DNA from: a virus
Strand: one strand, 5' to 3'
Length of the DNA: 52,181 bases
IMG/VR virus record: IMGVR_UViG_3300045988_143416
Location: 1-52,181 of that record
This document shows, in pieces, positions 25,628-35,066 of this stretch (position 1 is the first letter of the stretch; each line of letters opens with the position of its first letter). The notes below the pieces were generated by a model, which saw nothing but the letters and a program-made list of their open reading frames with translations, was not told the DNA's origin and searched no databases. Made by a program: the position numbers and the translations under genes.

Positions 25628-26539
25628 ATGAGTAATAATTCACAAATCATAAATTCAAAAGTAAAAAATAATGATGTGTCAAAAATGGCAAAGGCAATGC
25701 AAGGGTGGAACGATAAGTTTTATACCGATATGCCTAACGGTGTATTTGGCAGTGTTGCGGTTATTCGTTGTAACGGCGCAGTTATAAAGTCAAGTGAACT
25801 TGATATTGAATTTACAGTCCCTTTTGATGATGATATGGAAGCGAACGAAGCAGAAGTTACTATATATAATCTCTCAAATACCACGATAAGCCGATTAAAG
25901 AAAAATGCGTCTATTTCTATTGAGGCAGGATTTAAAGGCGATACAGGGGTTATATTTAAAGGCTATGTATCAAAAAGAACAACATCATATGAGGGCGTTG
26001 ACAGAAAAACAACGCTTAAATGTTTGGATAGAGTTAAGAAAAAGAATTTAAAAGAAATAACCTACAAAAAGGGAACGAAAGCAAGCAAGATATTAAAAGA
26101 CTTGCTGAAAAAGACAAACACACCGATAGCAGTGTTTAAAATACGGCGTGACCATACATATAAGGACGAACAAAAGGTTGACGGTGATTTATTTGAGAAC
26201 ATTAAAACCTATGCTGATGTTTGTGGCATTTCCGTATATGTAAGCAAAGGCAAGATTTACGCCCGATATTTAAAAGTCGGTGATAATCTCAATTTTACAG
26301 TGCAAGAAAGCACAGGAATGATTAACACGCCGACGGAATATGAAGAAGAAATTACAGCCGAGGACTTTAAAGAAACAGTTAAAGGCTATGAGATAGAGTG
26401 CTTATTGCAACACAGATTTGCGGCAGGCGGAATTATAAAACTCAAAAGTAAAAACGCAAAAGACGGCAAGTATCGTATTAGAAGCGGCGAACATACATTT
26501 AATGAGGGTGAAGCAACAAGCAAAATTAAAGTATTTTAA
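25628..26539 (+). CDS. Baseplate hub / late-control-D-like protein (XkdQ-like)
   Basis: Start moved to ATG 25628, behind AAGGGCGGTGA. Size and synteny agree. Confidence 0.5.
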   Translation: MSNNSQIINSKVKNNDVSKMAKAMQGWNDKFYTDMPNGVFGSVAVIRCNGAVIKSSELDIEFTVPFDDDMEANEAEVTIYNLSNTTISRLKKNASISIEAGFKGDTGVIFKGYVSKRTTSYEGVDRKTTLKCLDRVKKKNLKEITYKKGTKASKILKDLLKKTNTPIAVFKIRRDHTYKDEQKVDGDLFENIKTYADVCGISVYVSKGKIYARYLKVGDNLNFTVQESTGMINTPTEYEEEITAEDFKETVKGYEIECLLQHRFAAGGIIKLKSKNAKDGKYRIRSGEHTFNEGEATSKIKVF

Positions 26540-26549
26540 GAGGTGACAT

Positions 26550-26879
26550 ATGGGAGCGGAAAAATATTTTGATAGTTTTATCGAAAATAAATTGTTATCC
26601 CTACATACTGCATATTTAGCAAAAGTGTTGTCTGTTAGTGGCAAGACGGCGAAAATACAGCCGTTGGGATTGACGCAAGAAATAGGCGAAAAAGCAATGA
26701 AACAGTCTGTTTTAAGTGCCGTACCATTCACTAAACAGGTTGAAAATTTGGCAAAGGGCGATATTGTTGTTGTGATTTGTTGCGAGCGAAATATCACGGA
26801 AGCAAAAAAGGGCAAGAATGTTTTACCGCCGTCAGGTCACCACAATATGAGCGATAGCATTATTATAGGCGTTTTATAG
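26550..26879 (+). CDS. Baseplate spike/plug protein (gpV / Gp138-N-like)
   Basis: 109 aa. Pattern AKVLSVSGKTAKIQPL...VPF. Synteny agrees. Confidence 0.45.
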   Translation: MGAEKYFDSFIENKLLSLHTAYLAKVLSVSGKTAKIQPLGLTQEIGEKAMKQSVLSAVPFTKQVENLAKGDIVVVICCERNITEAKKGKNVLPPSGHHNMSDSIIIGVL

Positions 26880-26890
26880 GAGGCGATTTT

Positions 26891-27241
26891 ATCAAAGGAT
26901 TTGCGTTAAAAGACGGTGATGTGTTGATTGAAAATAACGAAATACAAATGGTTGAGGGCGACGAACTGTTAAGGCAAACAGTGCAATCAATCATTAACAC
27001 AAATAAAGGCGAATGGTTTACCGATTGGGACGAGGGTATAGAATTTTCAAACATTCTCGGCAAAGGTGTAACCGAAGAAATGGTAATGGCAGAAATTGAG
27101 GACGGCTTGCAACAAGTTGATGAAACCTTGAATATAACTGACTTTTCAATGAGCCTTAAAGGAAGAACACTAACCGTTAAATTTACTTGTACGAGCGAGG
27201 ACAGCGATACAGAATTAGAAGTTGAAACGGAATGGGAATAA
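26891..27241 (+). CDS. Baseplate protein (XkdS / DUF2634, gp25/W-like), probable non-canonical ATC start
   Basis: AGGAGG at 26878-26883 lies 7 nt before the in-frame ATC at 26891. The N-terminal IKGFALKDGDV fits the family N-terminus. The track ORF starts only at GTG 26921. Confidence 0.5.
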   Translation: MKGFALKDGDVLIENNEIQMVEGDELLRQTVQSIINTNKGEWFTDWDEGIEFSNILGKGVTEEMVMAEIEDGLQQVDETLNITDFSMSLKGRTLTVKFTCTSEDSDTELEVETEWE

Positions 27242-27253
27242 AGGAGTGATTAA

Positions 27254-28402
27254 ATGCTGACAGAACAAGGATATGAACGCCCGACATATGATGATATTCT
27301 TGAAAGCCTAATACTTAAAGCACAAGAGTTGTTTGGTGAGGATATAGAAACAGACGACCAAACACCGTTCGGCAAGTTTTTAAGAATAATCGCATATGAC
27401 AGAGCAACAGCCGAGGAAGAAGCAGAAGCGATATATTTCGCACGATTTCCGAATACAGCGAGCGGCACAAGCCTTGATAGACTTTGCCCCTTTGTTGGTA
27501 TTGCGAGAAACCCTGCAACACCGTCACAATATCAGGTTACAGTGACAGGCACAGCAGGATATACCGTACCTTATGGCTTTTTAGTTGCAACCGACGCAGA
27601 GGTTGAATTTTATAATACACAAGATACTGTAATCGGTGAGGACGGCACTTGTGATATTACCGTTGAATGTACCGAAAGCGGAACGATAGGCAATGTTGAT
27701 TATAAGGACATTACGGAAATTGTTAACCCCGAAGCAGACATTGACAGCGTTGCAGGAAAGAGCGTTGTTACAGCAGGTGAGGACGAAGAAAGCGACACCG
27801 AGTTAAGACAACGATTTAAACAGGCAGGGCAAGGGTTAGGCAGTTGCAATCAAACGGCTATTGAAAGTGCTTTAATTCGTGTGCCGACTGTAACGAGCGC
27901 AAAGTTAATTATTAATGATACTGAAACAACGGACAGCGGCGGCAGACCTCCACACAGTTTTACAGCGTATATTGCAGGCGGTGTAGGATATGAACAAGAA
28001 ATTGCCGAAACGATATTTGACAAAAAGCCGATAGGCATTAAAACATATGGCACTATTTCGCAGGATATAACAGACGACGGCGGTTATACGCACACAATCA
28101 AATTTGCGAGAACGGAAAGCGTAAATGTAACCGTCAAAGTTAAAATTGATACAACGGCAGAATTTGAAAGCACAGGTATTGAAAAAATCAAAAAGAATAT
28201 TGAGGAACATATTAACGGTTTGGGTGTTGGTAACAGTGTTATATATTCGGCTCTTTACAGTTATATTTATTCCGTTTCAGGTGTTAAGAAAGTTACGCTA
28301 TTGCAATTATCCACAAACGGCACAACCTTTGGTACAAGCGATATAACAATAGGACAATATCAAAATGCTGTATGTGCGGCGGTTAATGTTGAGGTGAATT
28401 GA
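27254..28402 (+). CDS. Baseplate J-like protein (XkdT-like)
   Basis: 382 aa. The N-terminal pattern YERPTYDDILESL...FGKFLRI and size are typical of Baseplate_J proteins. Confidence 0.8.
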   Translation: MLTEQGYERPTYDDILESLILKAQELFGEDIETDDQTPFGKFLRIIAYDRATAEEEAEAIYFARFPNTASGTSLDRLCPFVGIARNPATPSQYQVTVTGTAGYTVPYGFLVATDAEVEFYNTQDTVIGEDGTCDITVECTESGTIGNVDYKDITEIVNPEADIDSVAGKSVVTAGEDEESDTELRQRFKQAGQGLGSCNQTAIESALIRVPTVTSAKLIINDTETTDSGGRPPHSFTAYIAGGVGYEQEIAETIFDKKPIGIKTYGTISQDITDDGGYTHTIKFARTESVNVTVKVKIDTTAEFESTGIEKIKKNIEEHINGLGVGNSVIYSALYSYIYSVSGVKKVTLLQLSTNGTTFGTSDITIGQYQNAVCAAVNVEVN

Positions 28403-28403
28403 T

Positions 28404-29030
28404 ATGAAATTGTTTCAAGAAAATCATATTAATAATTTGCCCGATTGCTATAACAAGGATAAGACAAGTAACAATTACAAAATACTTGAAGTATCAAAAA
28501 AGAATGTTAACGCTTTTAGAGAGTGTTTAATAAGTATTGATAACTCTTTAAATTTGGATAACGCAAAAGGTGCAACACTTGACCTTTACGGCGACCTTGT
28601 AGGGCAAAAAAGAGGACTTGCAACCGACGAGCAATTTGTTTTGTTGATTAAGACAAGAATAATGCGCAATCTTGCAAACGGCTCATATAAGAGCATTACA
28701 GACGCTTTGCGTGCAATCCTTAATTGTGATAATTCACAGATATTAATTGAGGAAGTTGACGCACCTTGCAAGATAAAAATATCGAAATTGCCGTTAAAGA
28801 CTATTCAGGAAGCAGATTTGTCAACAACGCAAGTCACCGATATTATCAAAACGCTTATGCCTGTTGGAATAATCTTTGACAATATCGTGTATGACGGTAC
28901 ATTTGCTTTTTCGGCAGTAGAGAACGAATACGACGAAACCGCAGGATTTTGTGATGTCGAGGGCGGCACACTCGGCGGTTATTTAGGCGCATTAAGCGCA
29001 AGCACAAACGAAACAATTTTACCGATTTAG
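28404..29030 (+). CDS. Baseplate wedge / tail-fibre-joint protein (XkdU / DUF2313-like)
   Basis: LPDCYNKDKTSNNYKILEV pattern. Follows the J-like gene. Confidence 0.6.
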   Translation: MKLFQENHINNLPDCYNKDKTSNNYKILEVSKKNVNAFRECLISIDNSLNLDNAKGATLDLYGDLVGQKRGLATDEQFVLLIKTRIMRNLANGSYKSITDALRAILNCDNSQILIEEVDAPCKIKISKLPLKTIQEADLSTTQVTDIIKTLMPVGIIFDNIVYDGTFAFSAVENEYDETAGFCDVEGGTLGGYLGALSASTNETILPI

Positions 29031-29042
29031 GAGGTTTGAGTT

Positions 29043-30365
29043 ATGAGTTTTACAGACGCACCGCAATGGACTAATGAGGGCGTTGCACCGAGCGAAACAC
29101 TAAAAGCAAATGGATTTGTGGCAGGATATAAACCGCCTGCAACTGTATTTAACTACTTGTTTAATAAATACGGCATTTGCCTTACGGAATTGCAAAACGC
29201 CGCAAACAGCACGATAGGCAAATCAGGCGAGGGAAATAACGGCGAGATATTTAACAATTATTCACTTAATGTAGCAAACGGCGACTATGCTCACGCCGAG
29301 GGATATTTCACAAAAGCATATGGCGATTATTCACATTGCGAGGGATATGGTACACACACAAGTATAGATTATGCACACGCCGAGGGACATAACACCTATG
29401 TGCAAGGCAGTGCTTCACACGCCGAGGGTAACGGCACAACTGCAAGTCATAACGCTTCACACGCCGAGGGTAGCAATACAAAGGCGATTGGGGAAGCGTC
29501 ACACTCCGAGGGTAGCGGTACAACTGCAAGCGGTAACTACTCGCACGCAGGCGGACTAAATACAATCGCAGGCGGTGACTGTTCTTATGCAACAGGACAT
29601 ACCACAACGGCAGAGGGTATCGTTTCTCACGCAAGCGGCTACAAAACAAAAGCAAAGGCTTATCAAACGGTTACAGGTAAAAACAATGCCGAAAAGAACG
29701 GTTGCACAGGTAGCGAAGACCAATCAACGGACAATTCAATTTTTATCGTTGGATATGGTACAGAAGCAACGCCTGCAAATGCGTTTAGAATAACCGCCGC
29801 AGGCAAATGTTACGGCGCACAATCTTTTGGCGGCAGTGGTGCTGACTATGCCGAGTATTTTGAATGGCTTGACGGCAACGAAAACAACGAGGATAGACGA
29901 GGATTGTTTGTTACTTTGGACGGCGACAAGATAAGACCTGCAAACGCTACTGATGATTATATCGTAGGTGTGATTTCGGCAAATCCGTCTATTATCGGTG
30001 ATGTTCAATCGGAAAATTGGCACGGAATGTATAAAAAAGATATATTCGGTCAACCGCTCACCGAAACAGTAGAGATACCCGAAAGCACAGACGAAATAAC
30101 AGGCGAGGTCATTCCTGCACATACCATTACAAGATATGTTGTAAATCCTAATTATAATCCCGACAAAGAATACACAAGCCGTGAGTTTAGAAAAGAATGG
30201 GCTTGCGTTGGTCTTATGGGTAAATTGATTGTTGTTGACGACGGCACTTGCGAGGTCAACGGATATTGCAAGGCGGCTGACGGCGGCAAGGCAACAAAAG
30301 CCGATACAGGATATAGAGTAATGAAAAGGCTTGATGATACCCATATTCAAATATTGTACCGTTAA
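29043..30365 (+). CDS. Tail fibre with SHAEG-type repeats and a C-terminal intramolecular-chaperone (Peptidase_G2-like) domain
   Basis: About 9 repeats of xxSHAEGxxTxAxG (about 29280-29658). C-terminal ADYAEYFEWLDGNENNEDRRGLFVTLDGDKI pattern. Confidence 0.7.
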   Translation: MSFTDAPQWTNEGVAPSETLKANGFVAGYKPPATVFNYLFNKYGICLTELQNAANSTIGKSGEGNNGEIFNNYSLNVANGDYAHAEGYFTKAYGDYSHCEGYGTHTSIDYAHAEGHNTYVQGSASHAEGNGTTASHNASHAEGSNTKAIGEASHSEGSGTTASGNYSHAGGLNTIAGGDCSYATGHTTTAEGIVSHASGYKTKAKAYQTVTGKNNAEKNGCTGSEDQSTDNSIFIVGYGTEATPANAFRITAAGKCYGAQSFGGSGADYAEYFEWLDGNENNEDRRGLFVTLDGDKIRPANATDDYIVGVISANPSIIGDVQSENWHGMYKKDIFGQPLTETVEIPESTDEITGEVIPAHTITRYVVNPNYNPDKEYTSREFRKEWACVGLMGKLIVVDDGTCEVNGYCKAADGGKATKADTGYRVMKRLDDTHIQILYR

Positions 30366-30371
30366 ACATTT

Positions 30372-30397
30372 AACACGCCTTAATCAGCGTGTTTTTT
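30372..30397 (+). terminator. Intrinsic terminator
   Basis: AACACGC-loop-GCGTGTT followed by TTTTTT. Confidence 0.75.
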
Positions 30398-30422
30398 GTA
30401 TATAAATTAGGAGGTTTTTACT

Positions 30423-30485
30423 ATGAAAAAAGTAAAACAATCATTTAAAGAACATCAAAATCCACCGACAGAGGGGAGGGGTTAA
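30423..30485 (+). CDS. Possible 20-aa upstream ORF coupled to the fibre gene
   Basis: ATG lies 8 nt after AGGAGG. Its TAA lies 2 nt before the ATG of 30488. Confidence 0.25.
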   Translation: MKKVKQSFKEHQNPPTEGRG

Positions 30486-30487
30486 TT

Positions 30488-32968
30488 ATGGCAGTAAATA
30501 TTGATTTTAGTTGCACATCTGACGAAGTTAATTACAAAGGCACAGGCGAAATGCTGACTACAAAGTTAGACAGTATGGACGAAGCCATTGCAAGCAAAGC
30601 AGATAAAAGCGAGTTGCACGAACACAGCAATAAAGCCGTGCTTGACGGTATCACAGCCGAAAAGGTAGCACTTTGGGATAACGGCACAGCAGGAGCAGAC
30701 GGCGAGGACGGCGCAACCTTTACACCGAGCGTATCAAGCGACGGCGTTTTATCTTGGAGCAACAACAAAGGACTTGCCAACCCCTCACCTGTAAATATTA
30801 AGGGTGCGGACGGTACAAACGGCACTAACGGTGTAGACGGTGCAAAAGGTGACAAAGGCGATAAGGGCGATAAGGGCGACCCATTCACTTATGACGATTT
30901 TACAGCCGCACAACTCGCAAGCCTTAAAGGTGAAAAAGGCGACAAGGGCGATAAGGGCGAGCGAGGAATACAGGGTATTCAAGGCGAGCAGGGCGAAAAA
31001 GGCGATACAGGCGAGCAAGGTATTCAAGGTGTAAAAGGTGATAAGGGCGAAAAAGGCGATAAAGGTGAGCAAGGCGAACAAGGAATACAAGGTATTCAGG
31101 GCGTTAAAGGTGACACAGGCGCAACAGGCGCAGACGGTCAAGACGGTAAAAGTGCTTATCAAATTGCCCTTGATAACGGCTTTGTAGGAACACAAGCCGA
31201 ATGGGTAGCAAGCCTTAAAGGAGCAAAGGGCGATAAAGGCGACAAGGGTGAGAAAGGCGACAAAGGCGAGAGCGGCGCAGTAATCACAGCAAGCGAGATT
31301 TTGACAAAGTTAAAGACTGTTGACGGTCAAAACAGCGGACTTGACGCAGATATGCTTGACGGTCACGATACTACATACTTTGCAACCGCTACACAAGTTG
31401 CAGGAAAGGCGGACGCAAATCATACGCACTCACAGTATGCGACGAATGATGATGTAGAAGCACTTGAAACGGAAGTAGCAGGCAAGGCAAACAGCACTCA
31501 CAGCCACGCACAGAGCGATATAACAGGACTTGCAACGGCATTAGGTAATAAGGCTAACGCTTCACATACTCACGCTACAAGTGACATTACAGGTCTTGAT
31601 ACGGCTTTGAGCGGTAAGGCTTCCGCAAGTCACACACATTCACTTGATGATGTATCGGAAACAACCGCAAAAAAGATTATGACGGCTGATGAAAGAACAA
31701 AATTGAGCGGAATTGCGACAGGAGCAAATAAGACAGTGGTTGACACCGCAATGTCAAGCACAAGCACAAATCCTGTTCAAAACAAAACTGTAAATTCGGC
31801 TTTGGGTAACAAGGTTGACAAGGTATCAGGTAAAGGACTTTCGACAAACGATTATACAACCGACGAAAAAACTAAACTTGCAGGAATTGCGGCAGGTGCG
31901 AATAAATACACTCACCCGACCTCACACCCTGCAAGTATGATTACAGGGCTTGCAGATGTAGCCACAACAGGCAGTTACACCGATTTGTCGGATAAGCCTA
32001 CAAGTATGACACCGACAGCACATACACACGCTCAAAGTGATGTGACAGGGCTTGCAACAGCGTTAAGCGGTAAAGCCGATACAGGACATACTCATAGTGC
32101 CGCTTCAACTACTGCAAACGGCTTTATGAGCAAAGAGGACAAAACAAAACTTAACGGCATAGCAACAGGTGCGAACAAAACAATCGTTGATACAGCGTTG
32201 AGTGCTTCAAGCACTAACCCTGTACAAAACAAGGTTATCAATACAGCCCTTGCAGGTAAGTCAAACACAAATCACAATCATAATTCCGCTTATATTGCTA
32301 AATCGTTGCAAATGACAGCGGACGACGGTGATGTAGAGGTTAGTTGGGCTAATCAAGATGTTGTTGCAAAAATTAAGGCTCTTGGTTCAGGAATGACAAC
32401 TGCCTATGCTTCAATCGGCACAACAAATAACCCGAACAGTATTGAGTCGTTCCGTTTTATGGTACATAAGACAGGTTCAGCAAAGTACGGTTGGGTAATG
32501 GCGTTTGGCGGTAGAGGTAGTGTTTACACAGGCTATGTTGATAATGGTACTTGGCGAGATTGGAAAGCTATATTTGAAGCGTCACCTGCACCGCTATGGA
32601 AAGGTGCTATGTATATGAGTAGCCCTGACAGCACACCGCAGACAGTTACACCGTCAAAGAAGTTATCCGAGTGCCGTAACGGTTGGCTTTTGCTTTGGAG
32701 TGATTACGACAAAGACACAAAGAAAGCAAATGACAGCGACTTTGTTACAACAATGATACCAAAGAGAAACCCAACAGGCGGAACTTGGGGCGGTAAAGCG
32801 TTCTATTGTGATATTCCGAGATATATGGGCAGTAATGTTAATGATGTTGACACGGAACGCCGTATTATCAAGAGTATTTACATTCACGATAATTGTATCA
32901 AGGGAAGTTTCAACAATGATAAAGACGAGCGAAACGATGTAGTTTTGCGTTGTGTCTATGAATATTAA
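30488..32968 (+). CDS. Tail fibre with collagen-like triplets and HTH..SDITGL repeats; C-terminal receptor-binding-type domain
   Basis: Long Gly-X-Y runs. Repeated HTHxxSD(I/V)TGLxxAL and T.DE(R/K)TKL.GIA.GANK units. Confidence 0.8.
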   Translation: MAVNIDFSCTSDEVNYKGTGEMLTTKLDSMDEAIASKADKSELHEHSNKAVLDGITAEKVALWDNGTAGADGEDGATFTPSVSSDGVLSWSNNKGLANPSPVNIKGADGTNGTNGVDGAKGDKGDKGDKGDPFTYDDFTAAQLASLKGEKGDKGDKGERGIQGIQGEQGEKGDTGEQGIQGVKGDKGEKGDKGEQGEQGIQGIQGVKGDTGATGADGQDGKSAYQIALDNGFVGTQAEWVASLKGAKGDKGDKGEKGDKGESGAVITASEILTKLKTVDGQNSGLDADMLDGHDTTYFATATQVAGKADANHTHSQYATNDDVEALETEVAGKANSTHSHAQSDITGLATALGNKANASHTHATSDITGLDTALSGKASASHTHSLDDVSETTAKKIMTADERTKLSGIATGANKTVVDTAMSSTSTNPVQNKTVNSALGNKVDKVSGKGLSTNDYTTDEKTKLAGIAAGANKYTHPTSHPASMITGLADVATTGSYTDLSDKPTSMTPTAHTHAQSDVTGLATALSGKADTGHTHSAASTTANGFMSKEDKTKLNGIATGANKTIVDTALSASSTNPVQNKVINTALAGKSNTNHNHNSAYIAKSLQMTADDGDVEVSWANQDVVAKIKALGSGMTTAYASIGTTNNPNSIESFRFMVHKTGSAKYGWVMAFGGRGSVYTGYVDNGTWRDWKAIFEASPAPLWKGAMYMSSPDSTPQTVTPSKKLSECRNGWLLLWSDYDKDTKKANDSDFVTTMIPKRNPTGGTWGGKAFYCDIPRYMGSNVNDVDTERRIIKSIYIHDNCIKGSFNNDKDERNDVVLRCVYEY
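30803..31276 (+). repeat. Collagen-like Gly-X-Y triplet repeats (three blocks)
   Basis: GDKGDKGDKG, GERGIQGIQGEQGEKGDTG and related runs. The underlying nucleotide repeats are GGCGATAAGGGCGA-type. Confidence 0.9.
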
Positions 32969-32981
32969 GGAGGGCGGAAAT

Positions 32982-33287
32982 GTGACAGCAGAAGAAATCG
33001 CAATCAGGTTTACCGACCACGAAAACGAAATTAAAAGCTTAAAACACCGTATGAACGAGCGAGAAGCGAAAGACAAAACATTGACCGAATTAACAATATC
33101 GGTCAAGTCACTTGCTACTAATATGGAATATATGGCAAAGGAACAACAAAAACAAGGTGAACGCCTTGAACGGCTTGAACACGAGCCGACAGACGAATAC
33201 AAGCACTATAAGCGACTTATTATCGGTTGTATCATTACAACGGTAATAGGTGCTGTTATTGGTGCTGTACTTGCAAATGTACTATAA
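32982..33287 (+). CDS. XhlA-like lysis-associated membrane protein
   Basis: GTG start 7 nt after AAGGAGGG. Coiled coil followed by a C-terminal TM helix IIGCIITTVIGAVIGAVLANVL. The start is uncertain; alternatives are 32952 and 32958. Confidence 0.55.
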   Translation: MTAEEIAIRFTDHENEIKSLKHRMNEREAKDKTLTELTISVKSLATNMEYMAKEQQKQGERLERLEHEPTDEYKHYKRLIIGCIITTVIGAVIGAVLANVL

Positions 33288-33299
33288 GGAAGTATCAAT

Positions 33300-33956
33300 A
33301 TGAAATTTGATGAATTTGTAAAAAAGTTTTTAGGTAAGAAAACGGACTATGACAAGGCGTGCGGTGTTCAATGCGTAGACTTGGCAAAGCAATATCTTTA
33401 CTCCGTTTTTGGAATTAAAGCAGGCTCTTGGGGCAATGCAAAATATTATTGGTTAAAATTCAATAGCCATTCAGCATTGACGAGCAATTTTACCAAAATC
33501 AAAAACACACCCGATTTTGTACCGAAAAAGGGCGATATTGTTGTTTGGAACGGTGATATAAGCAGTAAAAACGATTGCGGACATATCGCTATTGCAACAG
33601 GCGAGGGCAACACATCTTATTTCTATTCTTACGACCAAAATTGGGGCAGTAAGAAAATGAAAAAGGTTAAGCACTCATATAAAGCCGTTTACGGTGTTTT
33701 AAGACCTAAAGACCAAAGCAAAATTACAACAAAAAAAGCCACAACAACAAAAGCCACCGTTGACGCTAACGGTGGTTTGCGTATGCGCTCAAAAATTGGC
33801 ACAAGCGCAGGAGTAGTTACCACAATTCCTGACGGCGCAACCGTTGATGTTATAAAAAAGAATTGTGGAAGCAAAAACGGCTATGGTTGGGCGAATGTTA
33901 AATACAAAACCTATACAGGTTATGTAGCAAACGATTTTTTGAAATTCTCAAAGTGA
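33300..33956 (+). CDS. Endolysin 1: CHAP peptidase with a C-terminal SH3 domain
   Basis: The Cys (CGVQCVDL) and His (CGHIAIA) arrangement is CHAP-like. SH3-like tail GYGWANVKYKTYTGYV. Confidence 0.75.
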   Translation: MKFDEFVKKFLGKKTDYDKACGVQCVDLAKQYLYSVFGIKAGSWGNAKYYWLKFNSHSALTSNFTKIKNTPDFVPKKGDIVVWNGDISSKNDCGHIAIATGEGNTSYFYSYDQNWGSKKMKKVKHSYKAVYGVLRPKDQSKITTKKATTTKATVDANGGLRMRSKIGTSAGVVTTIPDGATVDVIKKNCGSKNGYGWANVKYKTYTGYVANDFLKFSK

Positions 33957-33967
33957 GGTGCTTAAAA

Positions 33968-34249
33968 ATGAAAATTAATTGGAAATTGAGATTACAAAAC
34001 AAGACAACCCTTGTAACTTTGATTGCTCTTTGCGTTACTTTTGTGTATCAAGTTTTGGGATTGTTCGGCGTTGTGCCGACTGTATCACAAGACGAGGTTA
34101 TTAATACTATCGGCTTGTTAATCAATATTCTTGTTGTTCTCGGCGTTGTAGTTGACCCGACAACAAACGGAATAAGCGACAGTAACAATGCTTTGAATTA
34201 TAAAACACCGAAAGTAAGTGATGATACGGAGGATAATGCAAATGGCTAA
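33968..34249 (+). CDS. Holin (phi-LC3 / LL-H type)
   Basis: MKINWKLRLQNKTT..., two hydrophobic segments, DPTTNGISDS motif. Start moved to ATG 33968. Confidence 0.75.
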   Translation: MKINWKLRLQNKTTLVTLIALCVTFVYQVLGLFGVVPTVSQDEVINTIGLLINILVVLGVVVDPTTNGISDSNNALNYKTPKVSDDTEDNANG

Positions 34250-35066
34250 AAAGATTATTATTACAATCGGTCACGGCACAGCAAGCGACGGCAAGAGTTA
34301 TGACAGCGGCGCATTATCAAAGGACAAGAAGTATCAAGAGTTTAAAATTGCAAAGGAAATCGGCAAATATGCACAGAAATATTATAACGAGCATTACGCC
34401 GAACATTGCGACTTGATGAACTATGACGGCGGTTTATCCTTGCAGGAGCGTATCAATAAACTTAAAGACGATACATACGACTTTATTGCTGAAATTCACT
34501 TAAACGCAGGCGGCGGAACAGGTACAGAATGTTACTACCACCACCAAAGCGAAAAGGGCAGAAAGTACGCTGACGCAATTTGTAAAAACATTGCTTCCGC
34601 TCTCGGTGTTAAGCAAAGAAACAACGGAACAGACGACGGCGGCGACAAAACAAAACTTAATGCACAAGGTAATGACTATTTTGGAATTATCCGCAGTACA
34701 AAGCCGTGTGCCGTTCTTGTCGAAACGGTGTTTATTGATAATGACAGCGACCTTGCAAAAGTCAAAACCGCCGCAGGACAAAAGAAATGCGGCGAAGCAA
34801 TCGCAAAGGCAATTGCAAGTGTTAGGGGCTTGAAAGAGAGCAAAAAGGCAACTGCCGCAAAAGCGGAAACAAAGTCAAAGTTTCCTTATAAAGTCAAAAT
34901 CACCGCTACCGAACTTAATGTAAGAGCAGGCGCAGGATTGAAATACAAGGTTAAAACAGCCGTACACAAGAATGAAGTTTACACAATCGTTGCAGAAAAG
35001 GACGGTTGGGGTAAACTTTTGTCAGGGGCAGGTTGGCTCAAATTGTCTTTTACAAAAAGAGTATAG
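34242..35066 (+). CDS. Endolysin 2: N-acetylmuramoyl-L-alanine amidase (Amidase_3) with a C-terminal SH3 domain
   Basis: GHG...D, EIHLNAGGG and ETVFIDN motifs. C-terminal LNVRAGAG...GWGKL. Start at ATG 34242, behind GGAGGA. Confidence 0.8.
   Translation: MAKKIIITIGHGTASDGKSYDSGALSKDKKYQEFKIAKEIGKYAQKYYNEHYAEHCDLMNYDGGLSLQERINKLKDDTYDFIAEIHLNAGGGTGTECYYHHQSEKGRKYADAICKNIASALGVKQRNNGTDDGGDKTKLNAQGNDYFGIIRSTKPCAVLVETVFIDNDSDLAKVKTAAGQKKCGEAIAKAIASVRGLKESKKATAAKAETKSKFPYKVKITATELNVRAGAGLKYKVKTAVHKNEVYTIVAEKDGWGKLLSGAGWLKLSFTKRV

Noticed and set aside
29736-30350. Long antisense ORFs within the fibre, scaffold and other genes (29736-30350, 32663-33202, 30785-31195, 11506-11979, 24924-25370, 48565-48978, 42772-43197, 26402-26815)
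   Set aside because: All lie opposite well-supported genes. They lack SD sequences, have low-complexity or Cys/Phe/Ser-rich composition, and break the co-orientation of their operons.
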